Shown: positions 9,450-17,126 of the stretch, in pieces
Position numbering within the stretch: the stretch's first letter is position 1
Layout: every line of letters starts with the position of its first letter
Assembly (NCBI GenBank): GCA_030649345.1
Contig: JAUSKK010000002.1
Span: forward strand, 6,189 to 38,188
Length of the DNA stretch: 32,000 nucleotides
DNA from: Candidatus Iainarchaeum sp.
Lineage (GTDB): Archaea > Iainarchaeota > Iainarchaeia > Iainarchaeales > 0-14-0-20-34-12
Reading direction: 5' to 3'
Made by a program: the position numbers and the translations under genes
The notes under the pieces: model-generated
Told to the model about the DNA's origin: nothing
What the model saw: only the letters and a program-made list of their open reading frames with translations
Databases searched by the model: none

Positions 9450-10208
9450 TTATCCTAAATGAGTGGTTCGCTTGGGATGCACTACAAAACCATAGGGTTT
9501 TTCAATTTTAGCTGGGTGCATTCGCAAAGAATGATTGGTTGAATGCATTTTATGAACCATCAAAGCACGATCAAATTGACGGCCTTTCTGCACTAAATAC
9601 AAAGCAATCACGCCATCTACCACATATTCTTCCACACCATAAACAGAAATCAATCCTTTATGGTCGTGCATGTCACACAATAACAAAGAAGTACAGCCTA
9701 ATTTTTTAATGGATTTTTCTAAATCCAATAAAGCTCTTCGTACTTTAAATTCATTCTGAAAATACATTGCAACAATCGAAATTGAGTCAATCACTAAACG
9801 AGTTGACTTTGAACGAACCACAGAATCTTCAATTTCCAATAACAATTTTTCAAAATCATACAAAGCAGGCTGAACCAAGGTTAACTTTTTTTCTCGAATA
9901 TATTCACGCGCAGGCCAGCCAAACAATTCAAGCTGAGTAACAATTGAATCTATGGATTCTTCTAAAGTAACAAAACACACAGGTTCGCCTTCTTGAATTC
10001 CTTGCATTAGAAAACTCAAACCCAAAGTAGTCTTTCCAGTTCCTGTCTTTCCAGTAACCAAAATCATGGAATTCTTAGGCAAACCGCCTTCCATTAAGTC
10101 ATCTAAACCACGTACACCTGTAGGCATTCGCTCAATTGAAATAGGCTGATCCAAAATCGCAGTATCCACTGAAGTTTCTACAATACTTTTAGCATTCATA
10201 CAATACAC
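9450..10208 (-). CDS. KaiC/RadA-like RecA-superfamily ATPase (single domain)
   Basis: GVRGLDDLMEGGLP, Walker A GKTGTGKT, Walker B RLVIDSI. About 250 aa, as in archaeal KaiC-like proteins. Confidence 0.8.
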   Translation of the reverse strand: MYCMNAKSIVETSVDTAILDQPISIERMPTGVRGLDDLMEGGLPKNSMILVTGKTGTGKTTLGLSFLMQGIQEGEPVCFVTLEESIDSIVTQLELFGWPAREYIREKKLTLVQPALYDFEKLLLEIEDSVVRSKSTRLVIDSISIVAMYFQNEFKVRRALLDLEKSIKKLGCTSLLLCDMHDHKGLISVYGVEEYVVDGVIALYLVQKGRQFDRALMVHKMHSTNHSLRMHPAKIEKPYGFVVHPKRTTHLG

Positions 10209-10306
10209 CCCTAAATTAAACTAAAAAAAGATATATAATAAAAGAGCAATTAAATTTATAAAAGTAAGCGAAAAAGAATTAAAAAGAAGAAACAACCAAA
10301 CAGTAT

Positions 10307-11248
10307 ATGAGAAAACGAAAAAACAAGCAAATCTATCTTGCACTTATTTTAGTAATTTTAATTGCATTAATTGGAATCCAGCAAGCCGGCTTTTTTTCTC
10401 AAACCATAACCAATGCCAATACAATAAATTCAGCAAATACTACCAGCACACCTAAAACAAACATGAATTCAGGCACTCAATTAGAAAAGCAAGCTTTGGA
10501 TCAAAATGTAAAAATTCACTTTATTGACGTAGGTCAAGGAGATTCTATTTGGATTGAAACAGGACAAGAAAATATTTTAGTGGATGCAGGAAACACTGGG
10601 AAAGGATATGTTGTTGCAGATTATTTAAAACAACACAATGCAATAACAGCAACTTATCTAATTGGAACCCATGAAGATGCCGACCATATTGGAGGCTTGG
10701 ATGAAGTAATTTTGTCAGGAATTGAATACACAACCTATCTTTCACCCCAGCAAGACTGCAATACCAAAGCCTGCAGAGACTTAGATTTGTTAATTATTGG
10801 AAAAAAACAAAAAATTAAACGCGGAGAATTATTGCATGCTAAAATTCCAATTTATGGTTTAAATCCAATAGAACCTTTAGAATTTGAAGAAAAAAACAAC
10901 AATGCCATTGTTTTACTGGTAAACATTCAAGACATCAATGTTTTGCTGACATCGGATTGTGAAAAAGAATGCGAAGAAAGCATTGTAAATTCTGGTTTGT
11001 TAAACCAAGTGCAAATATACAAAGTAGGACATCATGGAAGCAAAACATCCAGTTCAGTTAAACTATTAGAAAGAATTCAGGCAAAAGTTGGGATTATTTC
11101 AGTCGGAGCAAACAATTCCTATGGGCATCCGCATGAAACTGTTGTAAACAGACTAATCGAATACGGACTAAAAATTTATCGCACGGATTTAGACGGAAAT
11201 ATTGTCCTAAACACAGACGGAAAAAATTACACAATTGAAAACAATTAA
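10307..11248 (+). CDS. Membrane-anchored metallo-beta-lactamase-fold hydrolase resembling the ComEC/Rec2 C-terminal nuclease domain
   Basis: One N-terminal TM segment, then HFIDVGQGDSIWIE, GTHEDADHIGG, KVGHHGSKTSS, YGHPH. Confidence 0.75.
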   Translation: MRKRKNKQIYLALILVILIALIGIQQAGFFSQTITNANTINSANTTSTPKTNMNSGTQLEKQALDQNVKIHFIDVGQGDSIWIETGQENILVDAGNTGKGYVVADYLKQHNAITATYLIGTHEDADHIGGLDEVILSGIEYTTYLSPQQDCNTKACRDLDLLIIGKKQKIKRGELLHAKIPIYGLNPIEPLEFEEKNNNAIVLLVNIQDINVLLTSDCEKECEESIVNSGLLNQVQIYKVGHHGSKTSSSVKLLERIQAKVGIISVGANNSYGHPHETVVNRLIEYGLKIYRTDLDGNIVLNTDGKNYTIENN

Positions 11249-11258
11249 AAAAACAAAA

Positions 11259-12005
11259 CTATTTTCTGTGAAAACTTGGCTTAATTCTAGGTTTAGGTTT
11301 GATTAATTTTTTTAAACGCGGTATTGGTTTTCGTGGTCTTTGTTTTTGTGCATTTACTTTTTTAGCTAAATGAAGCAATTGCTGAACTCGAAGAAATAAA
11401 TTGGGAGAACTTGAAATTTCTGAAATCATTGCAGCACCATGAGCTCCGGCTTTCAAAACTGCGGACAAATTATTGGTTTTAATTCCCCCAATGGCAATCA
11501 CAGGCAAACGAGTGGTTCGTGAAACATGTTGCAAAAAAGTCAAACCCACGGGTTGACCAGCATCTTTTTTGGTTTTGGTTCGAAAAATAGAACCAACCCC
11601 CAAATAATCTGGTTTCTCAGCTAAAGCTTTTTTGAGTTCACGTGGATTCGAAACACTTACACCGATAATCATTTTGAGTTTCGCTTTCCGTAAACGTTCT
11701 CGGACTTGAGCAATTAGCAAATCAGTTTGCCCTACATGAATAGCATCCGCTTTCACAGCAATCGCTAAATTGATGTCGTCGTTTACTACAAAAACAGTTC
11801 CAAAGCGATCGCAAATTTTTTTAATGGATTGTGCTTGTTTTAATTTTTCAGAATATGGCAATTCTTTTTCACGGTATTGAATTACAGGAATGCCAGCACG
11901 GGCGACTTCCAAAACATCCTGTAAGATATTGCCTGAAGCTGAACTTGTGCGATCTGTAACAAAATAAACAGACCAAGTTTTTGGATTTAAATTCTTCGAA
12001 GGCAT
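11259..12005 (-). CDS. thiE: Thiamine-phosphate synthase with a ~45-aa lysine/arginine/proline-rich C-terminal tail
   Basis: YFVTDR, IQYREK, VNDDINLAIAVKADAIHVGQTDL, YLGVGSIFRTKTKKDA, AIGGI. Tail: KKVNAQKQRPRKPIPRLKKLIKPKPRIKPSFHRK. Confidence 0.85.
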   Translation of the reverse strand: MPSKNLNPKTWSVYFVTDRTSSASGNILQDVLEVARAGIPVIQYREKELPYSEKLKQAQSIKKICDRFGTVFVVNDDINLAIAVKADAIHVGQTDLLIAQVRERLRKAKLKMIIGVSVSNPRELKKALAEKPDYLGVGSIFRTKTKKDAGQPVGLTFLQHVSRTTRLPVIAIGGIKTNNLSAVLKAGAHGAAMISEISSSPNLFLRVQQLLHLAKKVNAQKQRPRKPIPRLKKLIKPKPRIKPSFHRK

Positions 12006-12011
12006 ACAAAA

Positions 12012-12374
12012 TTATGCGTTTTCTTCAGCCCAATCTTTGTACTCTTTATCTTTTTTGAGTTTTCGAACCACAATCATGAATTCATCAAAGTCTAAAGTAG
12101 ATTCAACCTCAAAAAATAAATCTTCGTATAAGTCTTTATCCGATAAATACGTCTGCCAATCATCAACTTTTTTAATTTTTGCAATTAAGTCTTTTTCGTC
12201 TGCAGATTTCTTTTCAGGTGTTCGGGTATCTTCTTCTTTTTCTTGAACAGTGTCTGCTTCTTCTTTTTCAGTTTCTTCGTCCATAATGGAAGTATCATCG
12301 TTTTCAGAATTGTCTTTTGCTTCATCTACTGAGTCTTCTTCAGTCACTGTATCTTGTTTGTTTTCTTCGCTCAT
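12012..12374 (-). CDS. Highly acidic small protein, function unknown
   Basis: The N-terminal ~70 aa are D/E-rich and low complexity, followed by a ~50-aa C-terminal globular part. It lies 6 nt upstream of thiE. SD GGTGGA precedes the ATG. Confidence 0.55.
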   Translation of the reverse strand: MSEENKQDTVTEEDSVDEAKDNSENDDTSIMDEETEKEEADTVQEKEEDTRTPEKKSADEKDLIAKIKKVDDWQTYLSDKDLYEDLFFEVESTLDFDEFMIVVRKLKKDKEYKDWAEENA

Positions 12375-12472
12375 CTAAGTTCCACCTACAATAAACTAAG
12401 CATCCAACTATTTAAAAATTGCACAGAACAGCATTTTGGCCTTTCTTTAACCGATACAAATACACATTCAGT

Positions 12473-13318
12473 TTATGCATCCGGCAAAAATTTATAATTG
12501 GTTTTTTTAACATTAATATACGGAGTACCTTTTTCACTAACTGTGTTCAAACGAATGGTTCCCTGAATAACTGACTTTCCGTTCTCAAGCAAAGACTTTG
12601 CTTGAATTAATTGATATTGAGCAAAAAAGTTTTTTACAAACTCATTTTTGGGTTTTAAAAACAAATCAATCGGAGACCCTGCTTGTTCTATTTTTCCATC
12701 ATTCATTACAATTACCCAATCCGCTAAATAAAAAACATCATCTAAATCGTGCGCAACCCAAATTAATCCTAACTTTGTTTTTTTCCACAATTCTTTCAAT
12801 AACTCTTTTATTTTTTCTTTCAATCCAGCATCCAAGCCATTCAAAGGTTCATCCAATAACAACAATTTGGGTTGAACAGCCAAAGCACGAGCCAAAGCAA
12901 CTCTTTTTTTTTCACCGCCGCTTAACTGAATGACACTGCGATTATCCAAACCCAGCAAATGAACCAAAACCAATGCAGACTTTGTTTTTGCTACAATATT
13001 TTTATCCTGTTTCATTTTTAAGCCAAAAGCCACATTTTCAAAAACAGTCAAATGCGAAAACAAAGCTTCGTTTTGAAACACCAATCCAACTTCACGTTTT
13101 TCAGCTGAAAGACTAGTGACATTTTTTTCGTCAAAAAAAATATTTCCTTGATCAGGAAATTCCAGTCCAGCCAACAGCCTTAGCAAAGTAGTTTTTCCGC
13201 AGCCACTGGGCCCTACAACAGCTGTTACTTTTCCTTCAGGAATTTCTAAAAAAACATTTTCCATTTTCCAAGAAAGTCCAAAATATGATTTGGAAAGATT
13301 TTCAATTTTTACACGCAT
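12473..13318 (-). CDS. thiQ: ABC transporter ATP-binding protein (thiamine importer ATPase by context)
   Basis: Walker A GPSGCGKTT, signature LSGGEKKRVALARA, Walker B LLLLDEP. Confidence 0.85.
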   Translation of the reverse strand: MRVKIENLSKSYFGLSWKMENVFLEIPEGKVTAVVGPSGCGKTTLLRLLAGLEFPDQGNIFFDEKNVTSLSAEKREVGLVFQNEALFSHLTVFENVAFGLKMKQDKNIVAKTKSALVLVHLLGLDNRSVIQLSGGEKKRVALARALAVQPKLLLLDEPLNGLDAGLKEKIKELLKELWKKTKLGLIWVAHDLDDVFYLADWVIVMNDGKIEQAGSPIDLFLKPKNEFVKNFFAQYQLIQAKSLLENGKSVIQGTIRLNTVSEKGTPYINVKKTNYKFLPDA

Positions 13319-14934
13319 TAAAACACCTGAACTTTAGAAGAATGTTTTTCAATAAAATAAAAACAAAAAAAGCTTAAAGCAATTAGCACTACGCCCATCC
13401 CGGCTGCAGCCCCTAAATCAAAATGACTCAGCATCCGGTAAACATAAACCGACATAGTTGGATAAATGCCATCGTACATTAAAAGCACAAAGCCTAGCTC
13501 ACCTAAAGAAACTGCAAACCCGAATGCCAAAGAAACCAAAACAGATTTTTTCATCAAAGGCCATTGAATAAATTTTAAAACCCGCCAGCGATTAGCTCCT
13601 AGAACACGCGCAGCCGCCAATTCATCCGGATCAATTTTAGAAATTGCATTTTGAAGCAAACGAAACGAAAAAGGAAAAACAAACACAGCATGTCCTAAAA
13701 TAATTAACCAAAAAAATCCGGACCCAAAGCCTAACAAATACCCAAAGCCTAAAGTAATTGTAGAAACCGCCAGCGACCCGGATACGATTAGTGAAGTAAA
13801 ACGAGTTTTAGTTTGATTTAAAACCGCCAATAAACCCAAAAAAACAGCTAAAACAGAAGCAGCTAGTGCAAAAAATAAAGTATACCCAATAGCCAAAACC
13901 GGTGTTGTTCCAGCCAAACTGGATTGCTGGGCAAAAAATATTTTTTCAAATGCTTTCAAAGTAAACGCGCCAGTATTTGGATCAGTAACTGCAAAAAGAA
14001 TCAGAGACAGAAAAGGAAAAACAACCAGCAAGATTGCCAACAGTAAAATACTGACTTCAACAATGCCTTGAGCACTCAAAAGATTAATGTTTTTGGGTTT
14101 TTCTGAATTTGGCTTTTCAAAAATAATAAATTTTTTTGAAAAATAAAAATAAACGCCTGAAACTAAAACCAATACAAAAAATTGAAATACTGCCAGCAAA
14201 GATGCAGTACCTAAATTTAAGTTTTGAACAATTTGACGAAAGATTTCAACCTCAAATGTAGAAAACTGAATCCCGCCAAAAGAAAGTACAATTGCAAAAC
14301 TCATAAATGAATAAATAAAAACCAGCGAAGCACTGGCCAGAATAGAAGGAAGTAATTGAAACACAGTAATGGAAAAAAAAGTCTGAATTCGATTGGCGCC
14401 CAAAGTTTGAGCAGCTTCTTTCATGGTTTTATCTGAACTCTCCCAGGCAGTGGAAACAAATTTTGCAACCAACGGAAAATTGTAAAAAATATGAGCTAAA
14501 ATAATTCCTTGAAAACCATACAAAAAATTGACAGGAACTTGAAATCCAAAACTATTTTGCAAAAATTGATTGATCCAGCCGTTGTTTCCAAAAACAAGTA
14601 TAAACGAAATAACCACTAAAATAGAAGGAAAAACAAACGGAATCAAAAACAAAGACTTAACGGCTTGCTTGAATGGAAAATTTCGTCGGGCAATCACAAA
14701 AGCAACTGGAATTCCAACCAATACAGCACCCAAGGTTGAAACACTGGCTTGAAAAAAAGAATTTACCAACAAATATTTGCTGGAAAAAATTAAATTAAAA
14801 AATTGAACCAAAGCATCTGGTTGAACTTGAAGAGAATACACCATCAGCAATGCTAAAGGGTAAACGAAAAAAGTCAAAAAAAATAGTATTAAAAAAACTT
14901 TGGGAATTATCCAGAAGTCATAATTTTTTCCCAT
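13318..14934 (-). CDS. thiP: Two-domain ABC transporter permease (ThiP-type)
   Basis: 538 aa, about 12 TM segments, duplicated permease architecture typical of ThiP/FbpB. Overlaps both neighbouring genes. Confidence 0.8.
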   Translation of the reverse strand: MGKNYDFWIIPKVFLILFFLTFFVYPLALLMVYSLQVQPDALVQFFNLIFSSKYLLVNSFFQASVSTLGAVLVGIPVAFVIARRNFPFKQAVKSLFLIPFVFPSILVVISFILVFGNNGWINQFLQNSFGFQVPVNFLYGFQGIILAHIFYNFPLVAKFVSTAWESSDKTMKEAAQTLGANRIQTFFSITVFQLLPSILASASLVFIYSFMSFAIVLSFGGIQFSTFEVEIFRQIVQNLNLGTASLLAVFQFFVLVLVSGVYFYFSKKFIIFEKPNSEKPKNINLLSAQGIVEVSILLLAILLVVFPFLSLILFAVTDPNTGAFTLKAFEKIFFAQQSSLAGTTPVLAIGYTLFFALAASVLAVFLGLLAVLNQTKTRFTSLIVSGSLAVSTITLGFGYLLGFGSGFFWLIILGHAVFVFPFSFRLLQNAISKIDPDELAAARVLGANRWRVLKFIQWPLMKKSVLVSLAFGFAVSLGELGFVLLMYDGIYPTMSVYVYRMLSHFDLGAAAGMGVVLIALSFFCFYFIEKHSSKVQVF

Positions 14935-15932
14935 TCAACCATCCAGCCTTCTTGTTTTTCTGCAATCTGCTCTGAATTTAATTGGAGTATTTTTTCAGGC
15001 ATAAACGCATAATTTTCGAATGCTTCAGGCAAGTCTACAGCAGAATTAGCAGGATACATAAATTGAGTGAATGGAATTTCTTTCTGAAACTTTTCCGTTA
15101 AAGCAAACTCAATAAATTGTTCTGCAAGTTTTCGTTTGGAAGTTCCTTTCACAATACCCAAACCTTCAATTTGAATGTAATGTCCTTCTTGAAACTGAGC
15201 AGCCCAATAATGATTGATGTCTTCAAACTCAAAATAATACGGAGGAGAAGTTGCATAACTCAAATAAATAGGAACTTCCCCGGCACTAAACAAACCAGCA
15301 CTTTCATCCCAACCGGAAGTCACAGTCAATATATTGGATTTAAATGTTTGCCAAAATTCTTTGTATCCTGGATCACCGTAAACCGCAATAGTCCACAAAA
15401 GCAAACCCAATCCAGGAGAAGAAGTTCTAGGATTTTGAATTGCAATTTTTTTAGTTAACTCTGAATTTTTTAAATCTTCAAAACTGGTTAAGGGTGCATT
15501 AAGTTTTTCCGAATCATACACAAATGCAAAAAAACCAAAATCATACGGAGTCAAATGATGGGTTGAATCAAACAATAAATACTCTGGAACTAAATTAATA
15601 TTGCCAGGAGTAAAAGATTCTAAAATATCTGCACGCAAAGCTTGAGACAACATACTGTTATCAATTCCGATTACCAAATCTGCTTTAGGGTTTTGTTTTT
15701 CTAAAACAAGTGTGCTTAACATTTGCCCGGCGTCTCCTTTGGCCAGCATGTTTATTTTGCAATTGCAGTCTTGTTCAAATAAAGGAACAATTTTTGGAGC
15801 CAAACCATACTCGGAAACAAAACTATCATAGGCATAAATAGTTAAAACTGGTTTAGAATTATCTGAAACGGATTGAGTACAGCCTACTAAAAAAATAATC
15901 AAAAAAAATACAATCCAAAAACGCGAATTCAT
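14907..15932 (-). CDS. thiB: Thiamine-binding lipoprotein (ABC substrate-binding protein, TbpA/ThiB family)
   Basis: PVLTIYAYDSF...FEQDCNCKINMLAKGDAG...KADLVIGIDNSML closely parallels my recollection of the E. coli TbpA N-terminus, including the DCNC motif. Lipobox LVGC. I prefer the ATG at 15932 (GAGG 5 nt upstream); the ORF track extends to a TTG at 15947. Confidence 0.8.
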   Translation of the reverse strand: MNSRFWIVFFLIIFLVGCTQSVSDNSKPVLTIYAYDSFVSEYGLAPKIVPLFEQDCNCKINMLAKGDAGQMLSTLVLEKQNPKADLVIGIDNSMLSQALRADILESFTPGNINLVPEYLLFDSTHHLTPYDFGFFAFVYDSEKLNAPLTSFEDLKNSELTKKIAIQNPRTSSPGLGLLLWTIAVYGDPGYKEFWQTFKSNILTVTSGWDESAGLFSAGEVPIYLSYATSPPYYFEFEDINHYWAAQFQEGHYIQIEGLGIVKGTSKRKLAEQFIEFALTEKFQKEIPFTQFMYPANSAVDLPEAFENYAFMPEKILQLNSEQIAEKQEGWMVEWEKIMTSG

Positions 15933-15973
15933 GCAAGCCTCAGTCAATTAATTCTATGATTGGGTTGAAATCA

Positions 15974-15981
15974 TTTTTATA
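15974..15981 (-). promoter_or_regulatory. TATA-box-like element (TATAAAAA on the minus strand) for the thiBPQ-orf-thiE operon
   Basis: Located ~45 nt upstream of the thiB ATG, in the only non-coding DNA upstream of the operon. Confidence 0.4.
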
Positions 15982-15991
15982 CAAATCGGTT

Positions 15992-16007
15992 TAAATTTGC
16001 AAATTTA
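15992..16007. promoter_or_regulatory. Perfect 16-bp palindrome TAAATTTGCAAATTTA; candidate operator upstream of the thiB TATA box
   Basis: Self-complementary over all 16 nt and positioned ~10 bp upstream of the TATA-like box. Confidence 0.35.
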
Positions 16008-16026
16008 CGTCAATATTAAATAAATT

Positions 16027-16120
16027 GGCTCAGAGTTGATGCCAGCTTGCGATCAAGCGTACCGCATGCATTAAGGTAGTTTACTGCTAACGTTCAACAC
16101 CTCATAAATATGCTAAGACT
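16027..16120. repeat. Partial duplicate (unit 1) of the unit containing the C/D sRNA; same ends, different interior
   Basis: Shares GGCTCAGAGTTGA (13/13), TTCAACAC-TCA-TAAATA (about 16/18) and TAAGACT with 16291-16470, in the same order. Confidence 0.5.
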
Positions 16121-16290
16121 CGGATTTAAGACAATAAAATAAATTGCGAGCAAAGCGAGTACGTGCTGCTGAAGCGAAGCGAAAGCAGCACTATTTTCTT
16201 TTGGGAACTTGCTGCAAAATCCTTGATTTTGCACATATGCAAAATTTTCAATTTTGCAGTATAGCTTTTCTTTTTCTAAAAGAAAAGATA
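16121..16290. repeat. Four-hairpin structured element, copy B (possible non-autonomous mobile element or structured RNA)
   Basis: Hairpins: 16163-16170/16184-16191 (8 bp, loop GAAGCGAAGCGAA); 16213-16221/16225-16233 (9 bp, loop CTT); 16238-16246/16250-16258 (9 bp, loop TTC, extended by ATA/TAT across bulged G16259); 16265-16274/16278-16287 (10 bp, loop TCT). Ends are TTTAAGACAAT and GATA. Confidence 0.65.
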
Positions 16291-16356
16291 GGCTCAGAGT
16301 TGAGTTATTTCATCACCAGCGTTCACGCGTCAGAAGGTGTTAACATCATCATTGCC
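16291..16356 (-). ncRNA. C/D box sRNA (2'-O-methylation guide)
   Basis: Minus strand reads GGC-A-AUGAUGA(C)-UGUUAACACCUU(12 nt)-CUGA(D')-CGCGUGAACGCUG-GUGAUGA(C')-AAUAACUCAACU(12 nt)-CUGA(D)-GCC. All four boxes are consensus, both guides are exactly 12 nt, and there is a GGC/GCC terminal stem. Confidence 0.7.
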
Positions 16357-16478
16357 AAAGAATTAGTACATCGTACTCTTTTTAACTTAAATCATCAAAA
16401 TTCGAATACTGATCCCAAAAAAGATTAATTTAACTTTCAACACTCAATAAATAGGCCATTCAATAAGACTATAAAAAA

Positions 16479-17054
16479 CTATTTCGAAATCTTATAAATA
16501 ACCTGCGGAAAAGTAATGGCTGGAAAAATAGAAGAACGCCATTCAATGATTTGAAAGTCAAAAGATTGTAAAAGGGCAGTCCATTCTTGTTTGGATTTAA
16601 AATAAAACGGAGTATGAACTTTAGCTAAAAAATTCCCAAGCCAGTCTGCAATTTTTAAAACACGCAATTCAAACTTGTTTTGATAATAATGATCTTTGAT
16701 TAAAACAGATTTCTTGGCAACCCGCAAAGATTCCTTCAATAAAATCTCTGAATTTTGAGTATGATGCAGCATGTCAATCAAAAAAACAGAATCAAACGAA
16801 TTATCTGGAAACGGAAGTTTTTGCCCGTCAAACAATAAAACATTAATTTTAGGATTTTTGGCTTGATACACATCAACTCCAACCAATTCAAGGTTTAATT
16901 GTTCTTGAATTTTTTTAGACAACCTGCCATCGCCGCAGCCTACGTCCAAACCAGTACGTTCTTCTTCAATCAGTTTTTGAAAACCTTGAACAATGTTCTG
17001 GTCACGTTTTCCAGCCAAAATAGTTTCAACCAAATTCGAAAACAAGCCAGCCAT
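16479..17054 (-). CDS. Class I SAM-dependent methyltransferase
   Basis: Motif I LDVGCGDGRLS, and the post-I/II motifs (VDVY..., FDSVFLIDMLHH). Confidence 0.75.
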   Translation of the reverse strand: MAGLFSNLVETILAGKRDQNIVQGFQKLIEEERTGLDVGCGDGRLSKKIQEQLNLELVGVDVYQAKNPKINVLLFDGQKLPFPDNSFDSVFLIDMLHHTQNSEILLKESLRVAKKSVLIKDHYYQNKFELRVLKIADWLGNFLAKVHTPFYFKSKQEWTALLQSFDFQIIEWRSSIFPAITFPQVIYKISK

Positions 17055-17126
17055 GCAGAATTAGAAAAGCAAAAGAAATATAAAACAATTTTCAAGTCAT
17101 TTAACAAACAAACTTACTTTCCGCGG

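Noticed and set aside
16027-16120. tRNA, split tRNA or second C/D box sRNA in unit 1
   Set aside because: No cloverleaf can be drawn: there is no T-loop or anticodon arm. On the minus strand only the D box and terminal stem are present, with no acceptable C, C' or D' boxes at the right spacing.
15948-16140. Possible TPP (THI-box) riboswitch in the leader of the thiamine transporter operon; the plus strand contains GCTCAGAG and ATGCCAGC, which superficially recall THI-box pieces
   Set aside because: On the coding (minus) strand there is no CUGAGA followed by the CCUGAUCUGGAUAAUGCCAGCG-like segment. The look-alike pieces are on the wrong strand and in the wrong order. The TATA-like box also lies downstream of this segment, so it would not be in the thiB 5' UTR.
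16121-16290. CRISPR array (repeated palindromic units)
   Set aside because: The hairpins differ in sequence from one another. There is no constant repeat alternating with unique spacers, and no cas genes occur in the window.
16144-16428. 94-aa ORF on the plus strand (MRAKRVRAAEAKRKQH...)
   Set aside because: It starts at TTG with no SD. It reads straight through the four hairpins, so its sequence reflects palindromes, and then runs antisense through the C/D box sRNA. This is most likely not coding.
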